Source: Rhizaria sp. SCN 62-66 (taxonomy: Eukaryota). From it: 64,000 nt of DNA. Position 1 is the stretch's first letter. Every line of letters starts with the position of its first letter. The notes beneath the pieces were generated by a model, which ran no database searches, had not been told where the DNA came from, and saw nothing but the letters and a program-made list of their open reading frames with translations. The translations under genes were made by a program, and so were the position numbers. Positions 25,535-38,905 of this stretch are shown here, piece after piece. The stretch is taken from the NCBI GenBank assembly GCA_001724265.1, contig MEDY01000183.1, forward strand, positions 1 through 64,000, read 5' to 3'.

Positions 25535-26075
25535 GGCCTACGGGGGAGGATGACGCAGCGTTGTTGTTGAGTTTCAAGTATAATGTGCTGTTTTGAGTCT
25601 ATTTGTGGACTTTGCTATCTAGTTTCGAGTTGTGTTTGCGAAGGCAATATTGTGTTTGTCGTGTTTCAAGGAGAATTTGGTCAGATGAGCACAAGGTTAG
25701 ATGTTTTTACACAATACACAGTTATTTCCATTGATTTATGCCTTGAAAAATATGGTTTCAGTATAATTTCACATTAATAGTCACATTTCGCCATGCATCC
25801 TCACGTTTTTATGGGACCAGTGGTGAATCCATCTTATTGAGCCACACAAACGGTCACAAAGTTACCCGAACTTGTATGACGTCTATTGTTGTAAATTGAT
25901 CGTCTATGGGAATTATATTACAGTATTTACATCGATTCATTATATCCTAGCGAAAATCCTTTTAAATTTGTGAATAGCTTTGCAGAAGCACTCCCGCAGA
26001 ACTAATCTCCTGAGGGTTTAACCCACAGTTTCCCTGTTTTGGTGAGGCGTAGAGAGACGCACTCACAGCGACACA

Positions 26076-29000
26076 ATGTCTGAGTCTCACAGCGACAATG
26101 ACGACAACTTCACGATTGTGAGCGAAAAAATATTTCGCCGACGTGTGCATACCAATCGCAAGCAGTCCACTCCAGGCACGTCCCCTGTCTCCGCAGCAGT
26201 CCAAGCGACGACTGCAAACTCGGGCGTTACCGCACCGGCGACTCTGCTTGCAGCACCATCGCTCTCCACATCAGGCTCCCTACCACGCGCTGCCAGCAAC
26301 GTTTCTGACTCCACATCCGCGGCAAATGTAGCAGCAGAGCGACCACGCCTCGCGATGACACCTACTTCTGCTCCTGCTCCGACGTTCACGTTCTCTCGAA
26401 GTGGTGCTTCCCCTACAACGCCCGGCGTTTCGCCCGGCACTTCGTCTGCCGCTGCGCCCGCCGCTGTGCCGACGACACCGCCGCGAACGGTGTATCATCC
26501 GCTTTACTCCAAGGGCCGGAACAAAGCTGAATCAAACACGCCCAACTCACGCACGAGCAGCCCGAGCAACAACAAAGCGGTGGCATCGCGGACGAACAGC
26601 TTCGGCGCGGGCAATGCAGAACCCGCGTTAGCGGCTGCCGTGGCGGCAGCACCGGCAGCTGCAGTTTCAGGCGCAGTTCCACGTCCATCTGTCGCCCGCA
26701 CAGTGTCGTTCGGTGCCCCATCTACAGCGGCAGCAGGTGGAGCAACAGCAGCAGCAACAGCACCAGCTGCCGCAACAGCGGCACCGTCAACGCCCAACGT
26801 CGTTCCGAGCAGCCCTACGAAGCCCGTGTCGCGCACATCCAGCGGCAATTTCGCCAGCGCTTTTGCCGGCTTGACGGCTGGTGCTGGCGCGAAGCCCGGC
26901 GCGCTGTACAGCCGCAAGCCGAGGCGCCCCGCGGCCGACTCTCAGCTTACGCAGTCGCCCACACAGTCGCCTTCGCTCTCGCAACAGTCGCAAACGCTCT
27001 CGCAGGGGCAGTCGCAGTCGCCCTCGCCCGGGCACGCGCAGCAGCCGCTGCAGCGCAACGACTCTGCCGGCACCTTCACCACCGCTACTGCTGCTGCTGC
27101 TGCTGCGGCGGCGGCAGCGTTTGCGGCTTCCGCCACCGCCGCAGCCGCTGTTGCTGCCATGCCGCCCCGCCCGCCCGCTGCCCTTAGCCGCGCAACAAGC
27201 TCCGCGGCTGTAGCCGGTGGCGCTAGCTGCGCCGGCGCCAGCGCCAGCAGCGTCGGGGGCAACCTGTACGTGCAGAATCTGCTCCTGCGCCGTAACGCTT
27301 CCGCCAGCGGCAGTCTCACTGCCGCTAACGCAGGCGGCTTGACTTTGAGCAACGCTAGCAGCACAACCAACGCATTCGTTGTTAGTGCACCTGTGGTCCA
27401 AGCTCCAGGTGCAGGTGCATCGGATGCGAGGAGTCACCAAAAGAGTGCACACGCGCCACATCAACACGCGCATGTGTCTGCGAATCCGTTGACGTCAGCA
27501 CACGCGTCTGCGCTTTCTTCGTCGAGATCCTTGGTTTCATCTGCCTTAGGTGATGCTCCGAGTACAGCTGCTGCAGACGCAGCCACCGTGGCCGCAGCAG
27601 CAGCGACTGCTGCCGCTGCAGCTGCCGCTGCCGCTGCCACTGCCACTGCGGCTTTGGGCTCTGCAGATGCGTCTGCACCGTCGAGCTCCGCGCACGTCGC
27701 AACTGCCCCCCTGAGTCCAGCAAAGCGCTCTCATGACCCCGCGAGCAGCAACACCGCCGATGGCGCTCCCACCGACGCCGCAGCGAGTGGCGGCGGCGGT
27801 GTTGGCGTTGGTGGCATTGGCTGCAGCAGCAGAGGCAGCCGCCGCGGCACGCCCATCAAAGACGCCACCCCGAGTACGCAGCTGTCTCTGCTGCCGTTTG
27901 TGGCGCGCCGGCCGCAGCCTGTGTTCGACAGCGATGACGGCAGTCAACCAGCGATCGCAAACAGGGGCTCCGGCGGCCACCACGGAACCACTGCCACTGC
28001 CACCGCTGCCGCCGCTGCTGCCGCTGCTGCTGCTGCTGCTACTGTAGCCGCTGCGTCTGCAGGGACATCGGCTGCGAGTTCCCGCGCTGTGCCCAGCGAC
28101 ACAGCTTCCGCCTCTGCGACCAGTGCCCCTGCGCGCGACAAGCCTCGCGATGTTGCAGTCAAAACCGAGAGCGGTGTTCACACTGGCATCGCTGCGGATG
28201 CAGCCGATGGCGCAGTCGTAAAGATTGAGGCCGCTGTGGCTGCTGTGGAGGCTCAGAAGGCTGCTGCAAATGCAAAGCGGAGGGCCAGGTACCTCGAGAA
28301 GAAAACCGCGCAACAAGCGGTTAAAGTAGAGCAAAGCGCTTTGACACAGGAGCAAACGCAGGCTCAGACAGTGCGAGCTGCACAAGTACAAGCAGAGGCG
28401 CTGGCTCAAGCGGAGGCGCTGGCTCAGGCCCAAGCAGCGCAGGCCCATGCGTTGGCCTATGCTCAGGCTCAGCAGGCGCAGGCGCAAGCGCAGGCACAAG
28501 CAGAGGCTCAGGCGCAGGCGCAGGTGCAGGCGCAGGCTCAAGCGGAAGCGGAAGCGCGAGTTCAAGCGAAAGCAAAGGCGCTGGCGCAGGCGTATCAGCA
28601 GCCGCAAGCGCACGCACCCGCTGCACAGGCTAAGCGACGCGGCCGTCCCCCGAAGCGCCCTGCAGAGAAAGCTCTCAAACCTCAGCCTCAGCCTCAGCAG
28701 CAGCAAGTAATGATGGACGATGCACCAGCGGCTCAAGCTGCTTCGGAAAAGATGCTACCTCGGATGCAGACAGCGCTCGAGCCGGCGGCAGGACAGACTT
28801 CCTCAGCAACCGCGTCAGCTTTAGCTGCGGGCGCGTTGCTGCCTAAGCCAGCTGTGAAGCGTGGGCGCCCGCACAAAGATCTCGCCGCCGCTGCGACCGC
28901 TGCCGCTGCCGCTGCCGCCGCTGCCGCCGCTGCTGGCAACGGCGCCTGTGCAGCGCAGGACGGGGACGCCGTCCAGCTGGGTCCGCTCCCGCAGCTGCCG

Positions 29001-30413
29001 CAGCTTATCGCGCACGCCGTGGCCGCGTACGCGACGACGCTGTTCCCGTCCATCGCCGCGGGCGCGGGCTCGGGTGGTGCGGCGGCTTCTGGTGTGGGCG
29101 CGGGCGACGGCGAGACCGTGAAAAAGAAGCGCGCCGCCAAGAAGCGCGCCCTTGAGGTCAACGCTCCTGATGCTGCTTCTCAAGCTGCGTCTGCTTCTGA
29201 TCGTATGCTGAAGCCTGCAACTACTCCTGCTTCTGCCTTTGTGGCTGCTGCTGCTGCTGCTGCTGCTGCAGCCTCCGTCGCTGCTGCTGACGCTGCCGCT
29301 GCCACACATGCGCCCGCTGCCCAGCAGACCGATCCCAAGCCCGGTGCCCGCAGCAGCGCGCGTCAGCCCTCTGCGGCCGCCGAAGCCGCCCCCGTGAGCA
29401 CGGGCTTCTCTGTCGCCCGTGCGGGGCGCGCCGAGCCCCCCGGCGCCGGGCCGCAGCCGCGGGCGTGGCGTCCTTCGGAGAGGGCCGAGGAGCGCAGGCG
29501 GCGCGAACGGGCGCGCTGGCGGCAGCGCAAGCGCGGCGGGAGCGGCGGCGACGACAGCGACAGCGGCGGCTCTGACAGTGACAAGGGGGATACGTCCAGC
29601 GCGACGTACAGTGATAGTTATGACAGTGACGACACCAATACTTGCGACACTAGCGATCTTAATGATACCACAGACAGCGACCTCGTGAGCGAAGACAGCT
29701 ACGACGATTAGGAGAAAGGCGACGCCGCCGATGACGACGAACGTAACAGCGACGACAGTGACAGCGGTGACAGCTCTGGCCAAGAAAAAGATCTTCGGGT
29801 GAAAAGGTACGAGAACAGGATGGCTGTCAAGTATGTTGACTTCGACCATGAGTCAGATATTGTCATCCCACGAAACAAAATTGTATCGGCACGCCTTGCG
29901 CGCGCGAGCGACGGCCTCACCGACTTCGATGGCGACTTCTCCCAGGACGCCGACATCTGCGACGCCGTGCAACAGGGCATCCGCGGTGCCGTACAGGCCG
30001 CGAAGATGCACCGCACTGCGCGTGCGCGGCGGACCAAGGTGGTGGCGCGGCTACGGCGTGCGCAGGCTCGCAACATGCGGCTGATCTTCCGACTAAACCA
30101 GCTTGAGGTCAAGGGCCAAAGCCACCAGAAGGTCAGGCGTGCTATGCAAGCGGCCAGTAAGTCTGAGCGGATGTGGAGGCAACGCCTGGCAGATCGCAAT
30201 AACAGCGTGCTGCGCGCACGGAGGCGCGCCGAAATGGCTGTGTTCGTTGGCAAAGCCGAGGGCAAGCAAGCACGGAAGCTGCGGCGGCAGTGGCGGAAGA
30301 TGGAGAGGGAGCGTAAGAGCGAGGAGAGGAATCAAAAACGAGCGAAACACAAGGAACAGAGGAAGAATAGGAGGCAGTTCAGGAAGCAAGGCAACGGCTA
30401 GCTTCCGATGTAA
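26076..30413 (+). CDS. Uncharacterised low-complexity AT-hook protein, ~1,445 aa if TAG 29709 and TAG 30399 are read as sense
   Basis: ORFs 26076-29711 and 29799-30401 share one frame and are separated only by TAG within a continuous Asp/Ser tract. AT-hook motifs [10 protein letters not shown] and KRGRPHK, a QA repeat and a basic C-terminus. First TAA/TGA in frame is TAA 30411-30413. Confidence 0.7.
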
Positions 30414-30709
30414 TGGACAAACTGACCCATAGAAATAACAATACAAAACCACAAATGAACGCATATTCTAATAAACATACGATTTTTTATTTAAATATTG
30501 AGCCAGCACATTATTGCACCTATAAGCAGTGTCGTAGTAAGTTGAGAAGAGTAAGTTTAAAGAACTTAGTTTGTATGATACATTGCCCTGGCCTTCAGAT
30601 TTCGAGTCGGAGACCGCCAATATCGGCTGCTATGGCGCGTAACCAAGATCCAGCTTTGTGAGCAAAGAAGTGTCAAGAACGCCTAACTTTCACTCGCAGA
30701 CTCCCCCTC

Positions 30710-31795
30710 TCACTCAGCGGCGGCGAGCGGGAGCGCGGTCGTGGGCGTCTGCGCGGGCCACGTCTGCCCCCACATCGCGGCGCGCTCCTTGCGGCCAATC
30801 CGCATCCCCGTCTCGGTCACGTTGCCCTTAGCCTTGCCGCCGCCGCTGCCGGCAGTCGCGAACGTGCCGATCTTCTTTTGCACACCGCCGTTGCCGTTGC
30901 CGTTGCCGCCTTCGTCCTCCTCGTCGCCCCAGCGCAGCGGCGCGCAGCGCTCCTCGACCAGCTTGGTCGTGGTGGACCAGGAGAAGCGCACGAGCGAAGG
31001 CAGCGCGAACACCGGGTCCAAGTGATCGCGCAGCCACGTCTTGGTGACCTCGTCGCCCGGGTACCCACTGCCGACCGTGGCGCTCATCTCCAGAGCGCCC
31101 TCGGCCGCCTCGGGGAACGACCAGTCGCGCAGCAGCGCGTCGCGGGTCTCCTTGGCGCAAATGGAGGCGGCGGACACGATGGGGAACTTGGAGTCGGCCT
31201 TAGAGGTGACGACGATCTCGCCGATCTGCGGGAACGTCTGCTTCAACAGCGCCTGATACTTCTCGGGGGAGCCAACCGTGTCGACAAAGAGCTGCTGCAC
31301 GTTGAGCCCGCGCGCAAGTGCCAAGCGCACCATGTCCATGGCGGCGTTGTGCGAGATGGTGTTGAGGTTGACTTTGGGGACGCCGCACATAGAGCTGGAC
31401 AGCTCCGCTGCCGGGATAGGAGAAACGAGCCAGGCGATGTTGGCCGCGCGCTTGATCTTGCGGAACAGCGGCGCGCGCTGCGCCTCAGTGAGCTGCTTCG
31501 AGTCGGCAAAACCCATCTTCTTGAGCTCGTCAAAAGCGGCGATGGGTGACACGCAGGAGCCGTAGACCATGGGGCCCAGTACAGGCCCGCGGCCCGCCTC
31601 GTCGATGCCCATCATGCACGGCTCGCTCCAGCTGAAGCCCTCCGTAGGCTGCGTGTCCACGCGCAGGGAGCCATAAAGCTCGCGGCCGTCAACGACGTAG
31701 GTCAGGAACTCGGCGGCGCACGCCTGGGTGGTCGCGTCGGCGGCGTCAAGCACACCGTCGTCCTCCACGGGCGCAGCGGCTTTCTTCGGGGGCAT
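30710..31795 (-). CDS. RNASEH2A: Ribonuclease H2 catalytic subunit A, ~361 aa
   Basis: GIDEAGRGPVLGPMVY, FADSKQL, LFVDTVG, KADSKFPIVSAASICAK, GSGYPGD, LVRFSWST motifs. ATG at 31795; ends TGA. Confidence 0.97.
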   Translation of the reverse strand: MPPKKAAAPVEDDGVLDAADATTQACAAEFLTYVVDGRELYGSLRVDTQPTEGFSWSEPCMMGIDEAGRGPVLGPMVYGSCVSPIAAFDELKKMGFADSKQLTEAQRAPLFRKIKRAANIAWLVSPIPAAELSSSMCGVPKVNLNTISHNAAMDMVRLALARGLNVQQLFVDTVGSPEKYQALLKQTFPQIGEIVVTSKADSKFPIVSAASICAKETRDALLRDWSFPEAAEGALEMSATVGSGYPGDEVTKTWLRDHLDPVFALPSLVRFSWSTTTKLVEERCAPLRWGDEEDEGGNGNGNGGVQKKIGTFATAGSGGGKAKGNVTETGMRIGRKERAAMWGQTWPAQTPTTALPLAAAE

Positions 31796-31950
31796 TAAAC
31801 CTAGACAAACGCGCACGGGTGTCAATATAATTTGGGAGATGTAGGTAATCGTTAATTTTTAATCATAACCACAAGTTTACTTGCTATTTGACGATACAGA
31901 TATATCATACCAGATGCCCCTCAATTTGGGCGCCAGCCTCTTGTGGTTCA

Positions 31951-31966
31951 CCCCCCCCCCCCCCCC
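31951..31966. repeat. C16 homopolymer in the divergent spacer between RNASEH2A and the next gene
   Basis: Seen directly. Confidence 0.9.
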
Positions 31967-32331
31967 GTCTCGGATTTTTTTCATGGCAAGTGACTCGTCA
32001 TCAACGGCGGCTGCCGAAGAAATCCACCTCGCTAGATGGCCGACCGCACTTTTATGAAATGGCAGCCTTATTTACAAATAATAACGAGGCGGGTCTTTAT
32101 TGTAATGAAATCTGTTTTCAAAACAACGATCGCATGAGCTCGCAGATTCCGCTAGAGGTCAATTCTCCACATTACTCACGCCATCTCTCGTGCTTCCCTT
32201 CCTCGCGCTCACACGCCTTTTCATCGACTTCTTTCGCGTTGCTATGGCACTTTTAGAAAAGAAACCCTTACAATTTCCACAAAAACATTAGTATTTCTGC
32301 GTCTCGTTGCGCTATTCTGACCTGAATCCCC

Positions 32332-33259
32332 ATGGGCGCGGAACAGTCCACCGCGGCCGGTGCTGCCCCTGACAACACCGCCTCGGCCCCGGCCGCCTCC
32401 GGCTCCCCGACCTCTACAACTTCCGCCGGTGCTCAGGCTACCACCACGCCTAGCGCCAGCGCCCGCTCGCAGCAGCCCGACGCTCCCGCCGGCGCCGCCG
32501 CGGCCGACCCTCCTCGAGCCGCCTCCGCTCCTGCTGCCAACGCTGCCAACGCTGCCACTGCTAGCACTCCATCCGCTGCGACTGCTGCTGCGGCGGAGGG
32601 CAGCGGCGGCGAGACGACCCCCGTGCAGCCCACGAGCTTCGACCTCTCCACGTTTATGGGTCCCGCAGGGCCCGCCGCGCTCGCGCCCGCGCCGCTTAAC
32701 ACCAGCGCCAGCGCCGGCGCAGCCCTCACCAGCAACAGCAACAGCAATGGCAAAGGGAATAGTAGTGCAAGTTCAGAGGCCGCGGCGGCCGCGTGGCGCA
32801 CACGCAGCGGCAGCATCCCCGACCTGCCCTCCCCGAGTCTGTCCTCCTCGTCGCTCTCGCTCTCGGCCTCCGCTGCCTCGGCCTCGTCCTCAGCCTCGGC
32901 CTCGGCCTCTGCCCCTCGCAGCTCAAGCTCGAACTCTGTGACCGCGCCCGTGTCCGCCTCCTTCGACGCTGCCGCCTCTGCCCCCGCCGCCGCCGCTGGT
33001 GCCGGTGCCGGTGGGGCCGAGAGCGACGAGTCCCCCATCGTGCCCGCCACTCCGCACAACAGCCTCGCGAGCAGCAGCGCGGGCGAGGGCGGCGACGGCA
33101 GCAGCGCCGCCTCTGCGTCCGCGTCCGCGCTCGAGGGCCTTCAGCTGCTGCTTTCGCTGCCGCTCTTCGCGCGCCTGTCGCAGCGCGACCGTGCGCTGGC
33201 CAACCAGCTGCGCGTGCTCTGCGGACTCGCACAGGGCCACTTCGACAACGACGGCGACG

Positions 33260-33294
<35 letters not shown>

Positions 33295-36101
33295 GGCAGC
33301 GGCAGCGATGACAGCGAGGTCCAGCAGGAGCCGTGGGCGCTCGGCCTGGGGCCGGGCGCCGTGTCCGCCGCCGCGGCCGCCGCAGCCGCCGCGGCATCAA
33401 TCTCATGTCTCGACCCGGAGGCGCCGCTGCCGCCGTCGCTGGCACTGGCCGCAGCGACGGTGAACCGGCTGCTTGGCCACGCGCCGCAGCGCCCGCCGCC
33501 GCCCGCGCCCCCCGCGGTGGCCGCGGCCTCGCCCGCCGCCGTCGCCGCCGCCGTCGCGGGCAAGGTCCCTGCGATGTCCGGGCTCGAGCTGGAGGGCCTG
33601 GCCTTCCCGCCGCGCGCGCTGCCACACGCCACAACCACCGCCGCCGCCTCAGTCTCCGCCGCCGCCTCCGCGTCGGCCTCGGCTGCCTCGAGTGGCGCGG
33701 TGACAGCGAACCAGGCCGCGACGGTGGCGGCCGTGGCGGCGGCCAATGCGGCGGCGGCGGCTTCGGCGCGCGTGCTCGCGGCCTGGGGGCTCGCCGCGCC
33801 CACCGCGCTGGCGGGCGCCGCGGCCGTGCCGGGGGTCGACGTCGACCTGGACGCCGCCGGCCGCGGCCACGGCCAGAATCCGAACCACAACCAGGATGAC
33901 GACGAGGCCGCCGACGACGGGGCCGGGCGGGAGGTGGCCGTGCTCGTCGCCGCCGCCGCGGCTGCCGCGGGCAGGGCGCGGCAGGCCGATGCCGAGGCTG
34001 CGCAGGCCGCACAGGCCGCCGCGGCGGACGGCAAGAGCGGCAGCGGCAAGAAGAAGTCTGCTGCCAACGCTGAGGCGGCCCCGCCCAAGCATACCCTCTC
34101 GCTCGTCGAGATAATTCAGCGCCTTTCGCTGCAACCAGGTATGCTTGCCAACAATTTTGTTATTATATTTTATATTTAATTTATTTATAGTTTTAGTTAT
34201 CTCATTTTTTTGCTCCTTTTCTTTCCCTTGCTTTTGCCACAGGTGTATTCCTCGCCCCGTTCGCCTCGACCGCGGCCCTCGCGACTTTTTGTCCGGCCTC
34301 GGACGCCTCCTCTGCGGCCGGCCAGTCACCATCTTCTTCTTCAAGTGGCAAGCCGCGCTCCGTGTCCACGCCGACGTCCCCCGCGGTGGCCCTCCCGCCC
34401 CCGTCTCTGACCTCGCTGCTCTTCCCCCCGCTCTCGCGCGTCGCCATCGAGCTCCCCAGCGCAGGCTCGGACTCTGGTTCTGCAAGCTCTGGGTCTGCGC
34501 CGCTGTGCCTGCGCTTGCGTCTGCCGCACACGCCCGCGCGCCTGGCGGCGCACGCGGCCGCGGCCCCGATGGGCGCCGTTTTCGCCGTGGCCGTGGCGCT
34601 CGATGCGCGCCTCACCAAGTGGCTCGCCAAGCTCGTCCCGGCCCGCGTCTCCGAGAAGGCCTTCGTGGCCAACTACCTCTCCCACCTCTGCGCAGTCGTC
34701 GACGCGCTCTACGCGCCCATCGACCTTGTCACCGTTCCTTCTGCCGACGACAGCCACAACAACAACAACAACAACGGCTCCAACTCGCCCGTTGCGGCGG
34801 CGAACTCAGGCGTTGTCGACGTGTCGTCCATCTCCCCCGTCGTCCCTGCGCAGTCTCAGTGCCCGTCTAAGTACCCTCTCAGCGCGGCCCGCGGCGTGCT
34901 GGTGCACACAGCCGCCGCGGCCCGCCTGCCTGCGCGCCATGTGTCCTCGGTCGTCGCGCCCCCTGGAGGAAAGCCCCTGTCGCAGCTGCCGATGTCGGCC
35001 ACATCCTCCTCGTCCTCCGCCTACAGCGGGCACGGACACGGCTCTCATGGCGCGCGCACCGCCGCCGCGCCCACGGCCTCGTCCGGCGGTGCGAGCGGGC
35101 GGGTACGCGTGGTCGTGCGTGCGCGCGCACTCGTGTCCGAGGTGCTCACCCCGCTTGACGGCGCGTCTAAGGGCGCGCTCCAAGCCGGCGGCTGGCTGCC
35201 CCCGCCGTCCCCGTCCGTGCCCGCGCTTGCGCCCGCGGTCGCCGCGACCGCTGCAGCCGGCACCGGTGGTGGTGGTGCTGCTGCGAGTGCTGATGCGGCG
35301 GTGAGTAACCCGCTGCCGCCGCCGCCGCCCGCCATCACTGCGACCAACATCAGCCACATCAGCAGCAGCAACAGCAGCAGTAGCAAGGGCAGTAACAGTC
35401 CTGCTGCTGCGGTCGCGAGCGCTGCTGCTGCCGAGAGCGCGGGCTCACTGTGGCAGTCCTATGACGCCACGGCCGCGACTCCAGCAGCCACACAGCGTGA
35501 CAGCAACAACAACAACACCAACGGTGTCTGTGCTGCCGCGACTACGCCCGCGTCTGCCGCCGCTGCTGCGGTCGCGCTGCTCGCCCCCTTCACCACGGGC
35601 TCTAAGGGGGTACTTACCTCGGCCGCCGGGCCGCTCGTGGTGCCGCGCTCCGCCCTGCTCGCAGCGCGCGCCTTGCCGCTGCCCCTGGAGGCGCTCTCCG
35701 CGCTCTCCCACGCCCTGACCGTCGGCTCCGGCCCCGCGAGCAGCGCTCCGGCGACGGCGCACACTGCCGCTTCGAGTGCCGCCCAGAGCCAGAGCGGCGG
35801 CGGCCGCCCCCTCGGCTGGGGCGTGATCGGCACCGGCGCGTTCCTCGAGCGCCTCGCGCTGCCCGCGCTGCACCACCCCCCGCCTCTTTACTATGGCCCA
35901 CCGACGGGCCCGCTGGCGCCGCTGCTGCCCGCGCTGGGCCCCGTGTCCCGCGAGTGCCCCGTGTCGGCCTCTTTCGCCCACGACGGCTCCCTCACACCGC
36001 TGCTGCCGCAGCCCTTCGCTGCCGCGGGGGCATTGACGTCACAGCCCGCGCCTCACCCCCTGCTTCTGCTTGCTCAGTCGCAGTCAGCATCATCATCATC
36101 G

Positions 36102-36132
<31 letters not shown>

Positions 36133-38241
36133 ATGTGGCTGCGCTGTGTCCCGGCGACGGCCGCTCGCTGCCGCGTGCGCTCTCTCTGGCCCGCGCGGCT
36201 CGCGTCCCGTCGGTCTACCTGCACGCCGCGGCGCTGGTTAAGGACCCCTCGGTGGACTGCGTGCTCATCGCGACGCCGCCCGGCACGCACCTGGCGCTGG
36301 CCGTGTTGGCCGCCGCCGCGGGCAAACCCTGCGTCGTGGCCGCGCCCTGGGCGCGCCACCACACAGAGACCGCCGCCGTCACCGCGGCCTTCGCCGCGGC
36401 GCTCGGCCCCGCGGCGGTCGCGGCGCCGGCGCCCGTCGGCCACGGCCACGGCCAGGGCCTCGATGTGACTGCCGACTCGTCGGCGTCGGTGTGGAAGGGG
36501 CGTGTGCTGGCGGCGTGGGCTGCCGCGGCGGGCCGTGTAAGTCCCCATACCCGCGGTGTGAGTGGCGTCGTGGCGCCGTACCCGGCTCTGCTGGCGGCGC
36601 GCGCGCTCGCCGCCACGCTTTCCCTCACGCATCAGCGCAGCAGCGGCAGCATCAGTGGCGGCAAGAGCAACGGCAGCAACAACAGCAGCAGTGCTGTTGC
36701 CGCTGCTGCTGTTGCGACCGCTGCCGCCGCTTTCGCGACTGTCTCTGGCTCTGTCTCCGGCTCTAAGCCCACTGACGGCCTTACCGCTGCCGGCGACGCT
36801 CTTCTGAGCGCCATCTTCGCGCACCCCAGCCCGCGCGCCTTCTGCCTCGGGGTAAATACCCCCTTAGCCGCATCCGCGCCAGTCGCGGCGGCGCGCGTGC
36901 CCGCGGCGCTCATCGTGGCCCACAGCCACCGCGTCTCGGAGCGGCTCCAGGCCGCGCGCGCCGCGCTCTCGAAGTTAGGCCGCGTGCTCACGGTGACCTA
37001 CTCGCTGTCGCTGCCGGTCGCGCTGGCGAGCGACCCCCGGACCCGGGCCCCCGCGGCCGTGCCCGGCTGCCACTACAGCTCCACCGTGCCCTCGGCCCAC
37101 GCGGGCACCGACGCGAACAACAACAACAGCGGCAGCAGCGGTAACGCCGCCGCCGCCGCCGCGGTTGACGCGGTCGCGGCCGCGGTGGCGAGCGCGCCGA
37201 TCCCACCTGCCGCGGCCGCCGCGCTGTCTGCCGCCGCCGCCGCGCCTGCGTGCTGCCTCGGCCCCGCGCGCGCCGCCGCCGTGGCCGCCGCCGCCGCCGC
37301 GGGCGCCTCACCGGCCGCCGCGGCCGCAGCCGCCGCCGCCGCAGTGGCTGCCGCCGCCACGGCCGCCCAGGGCTCCTCTCAGGGTACCCATGGTGGCCCG
37401 CTGCCTCAGTGGTTCCGCGACCCCTCGGCGCTGGGCGGAGGCTGGTTCTATTTTTTCGGAACCGCAGCCGTGGACGCCCTGTCGACGCTGCTGGGCCCGC
37501 TCACGCACGTGGCCGGCGACGCGACCCCTTACAGCAATGTAAGTACCCCCGCGCAGGGCGCCGCCGCTGCAAGCGCGACGGGCGTGTCTCCGGCGACCGA
37601 GGCCACCGTGGCCCTCACGTTCCGTGTCCCCGCCAACCACAACCCCAGCAGCGGTAGCAGCGGCAGCAGCGGTCGCAGCCCCAGCAGCGCCGCGGCCGCC
37701 GCCGTCGCCGCCGCGGAGACGGTGCCCGGCACGGCGCTATTCTCGTTTCCCCAGTCGGCGCGGGCCCCCGTGGCCGATGTGCTCACGGTCACCTGCGAGC
37801 GCGGCACGCTCTCGCTGCCGCTCGTGCTCGGCGGCCTCACCGCCGCGCTCGAGGCCGACGCCCTCAAGCGCTGGTTCGATCTCCACACCGCGCTGCTGCT
37901 CACGGTCACCACGGCCGCTGCCGCCGCCGCAAACACCGCGGCCACCACAGCGCACACCAACAACACTACCGCTGCGGCCAGCGCGGCGGCGGCGGTATTC
38001 GCGGCGCGCTCCCCGCCTCTGCCGGGCTGTCTCAGCGCCGCCAGCAGGACCGCGAACGCGCAGGGCGGCGGCTTGACTTTGGTGTCGGCCGCTGCGCCCA
38101 CGGTCACCCCCGCTGCGGGCACTTACCCGGGCGGCCGGGGCACTTACACCGACGGCTTCATCGGTCTCAACGGCGGCGGCAACAGCAGCAGCTACAGCAG
38201 TAGCAGCAGCGACGACGATGAGGAGAGCAAAAGCAGCAGCA

Positions 38242-38272
<31 letters not shown>

Positions 38273-38873
38273 TGGCCGCCGCAACGGCCGCAACAGCGAC
38301 AGCTTCTGCTTCTCCTCTGCCCTCACCCCGCGCAGCCGCAGCGGCGGCAGCGGCAGTGGTGACGCCGGCTTCACCCTGGCGACTGTGCCGCAGGCGCTGG
38401 TTACAGCCGACACGAGTCTGCTGCCGCTGCTGGTGGCCGAGAGCGCCGCCTTCGTCGCCCGCGCCGCCGCCATCGCCGCCGTCCCCGTCCCCGCGCTGCT
38501 CGCGACTACAAGCATTAACACTAGCCACAGCGCTGGCAGTAGCGCGGCGGCGAGTACGGGTGCTGCCGCGGTAGTGGCGGCTGCGCGCGCGTCACCCGCC
38601 CTGGCCTTCGCCGCCGAGGTGCTGCGTCTGGCCGCAACCGCGGTGCCCGCCAGTGACCTGGTGGCGTGCGGCAACGCATTCGTGCCTTTCTTCGCCGCCG
38701 CCAACGCCGCCTTCGCCGCGCGCCGCCATAGCACCGAGGCGGGCGCCGCCGCCGCGGCTGCCGGCGGTGCGGTGAGTGGCGCGGTGGTGCTGGTGGGCGT
38801 CGACCGCGTTGCGCCCGCGGACGCGGCGGGCGCCACGGCGGCCGCCGTCGCACTGCTCGACAAGAAGGTTGCC

Positions 38874-38905
<32 letters not shown>

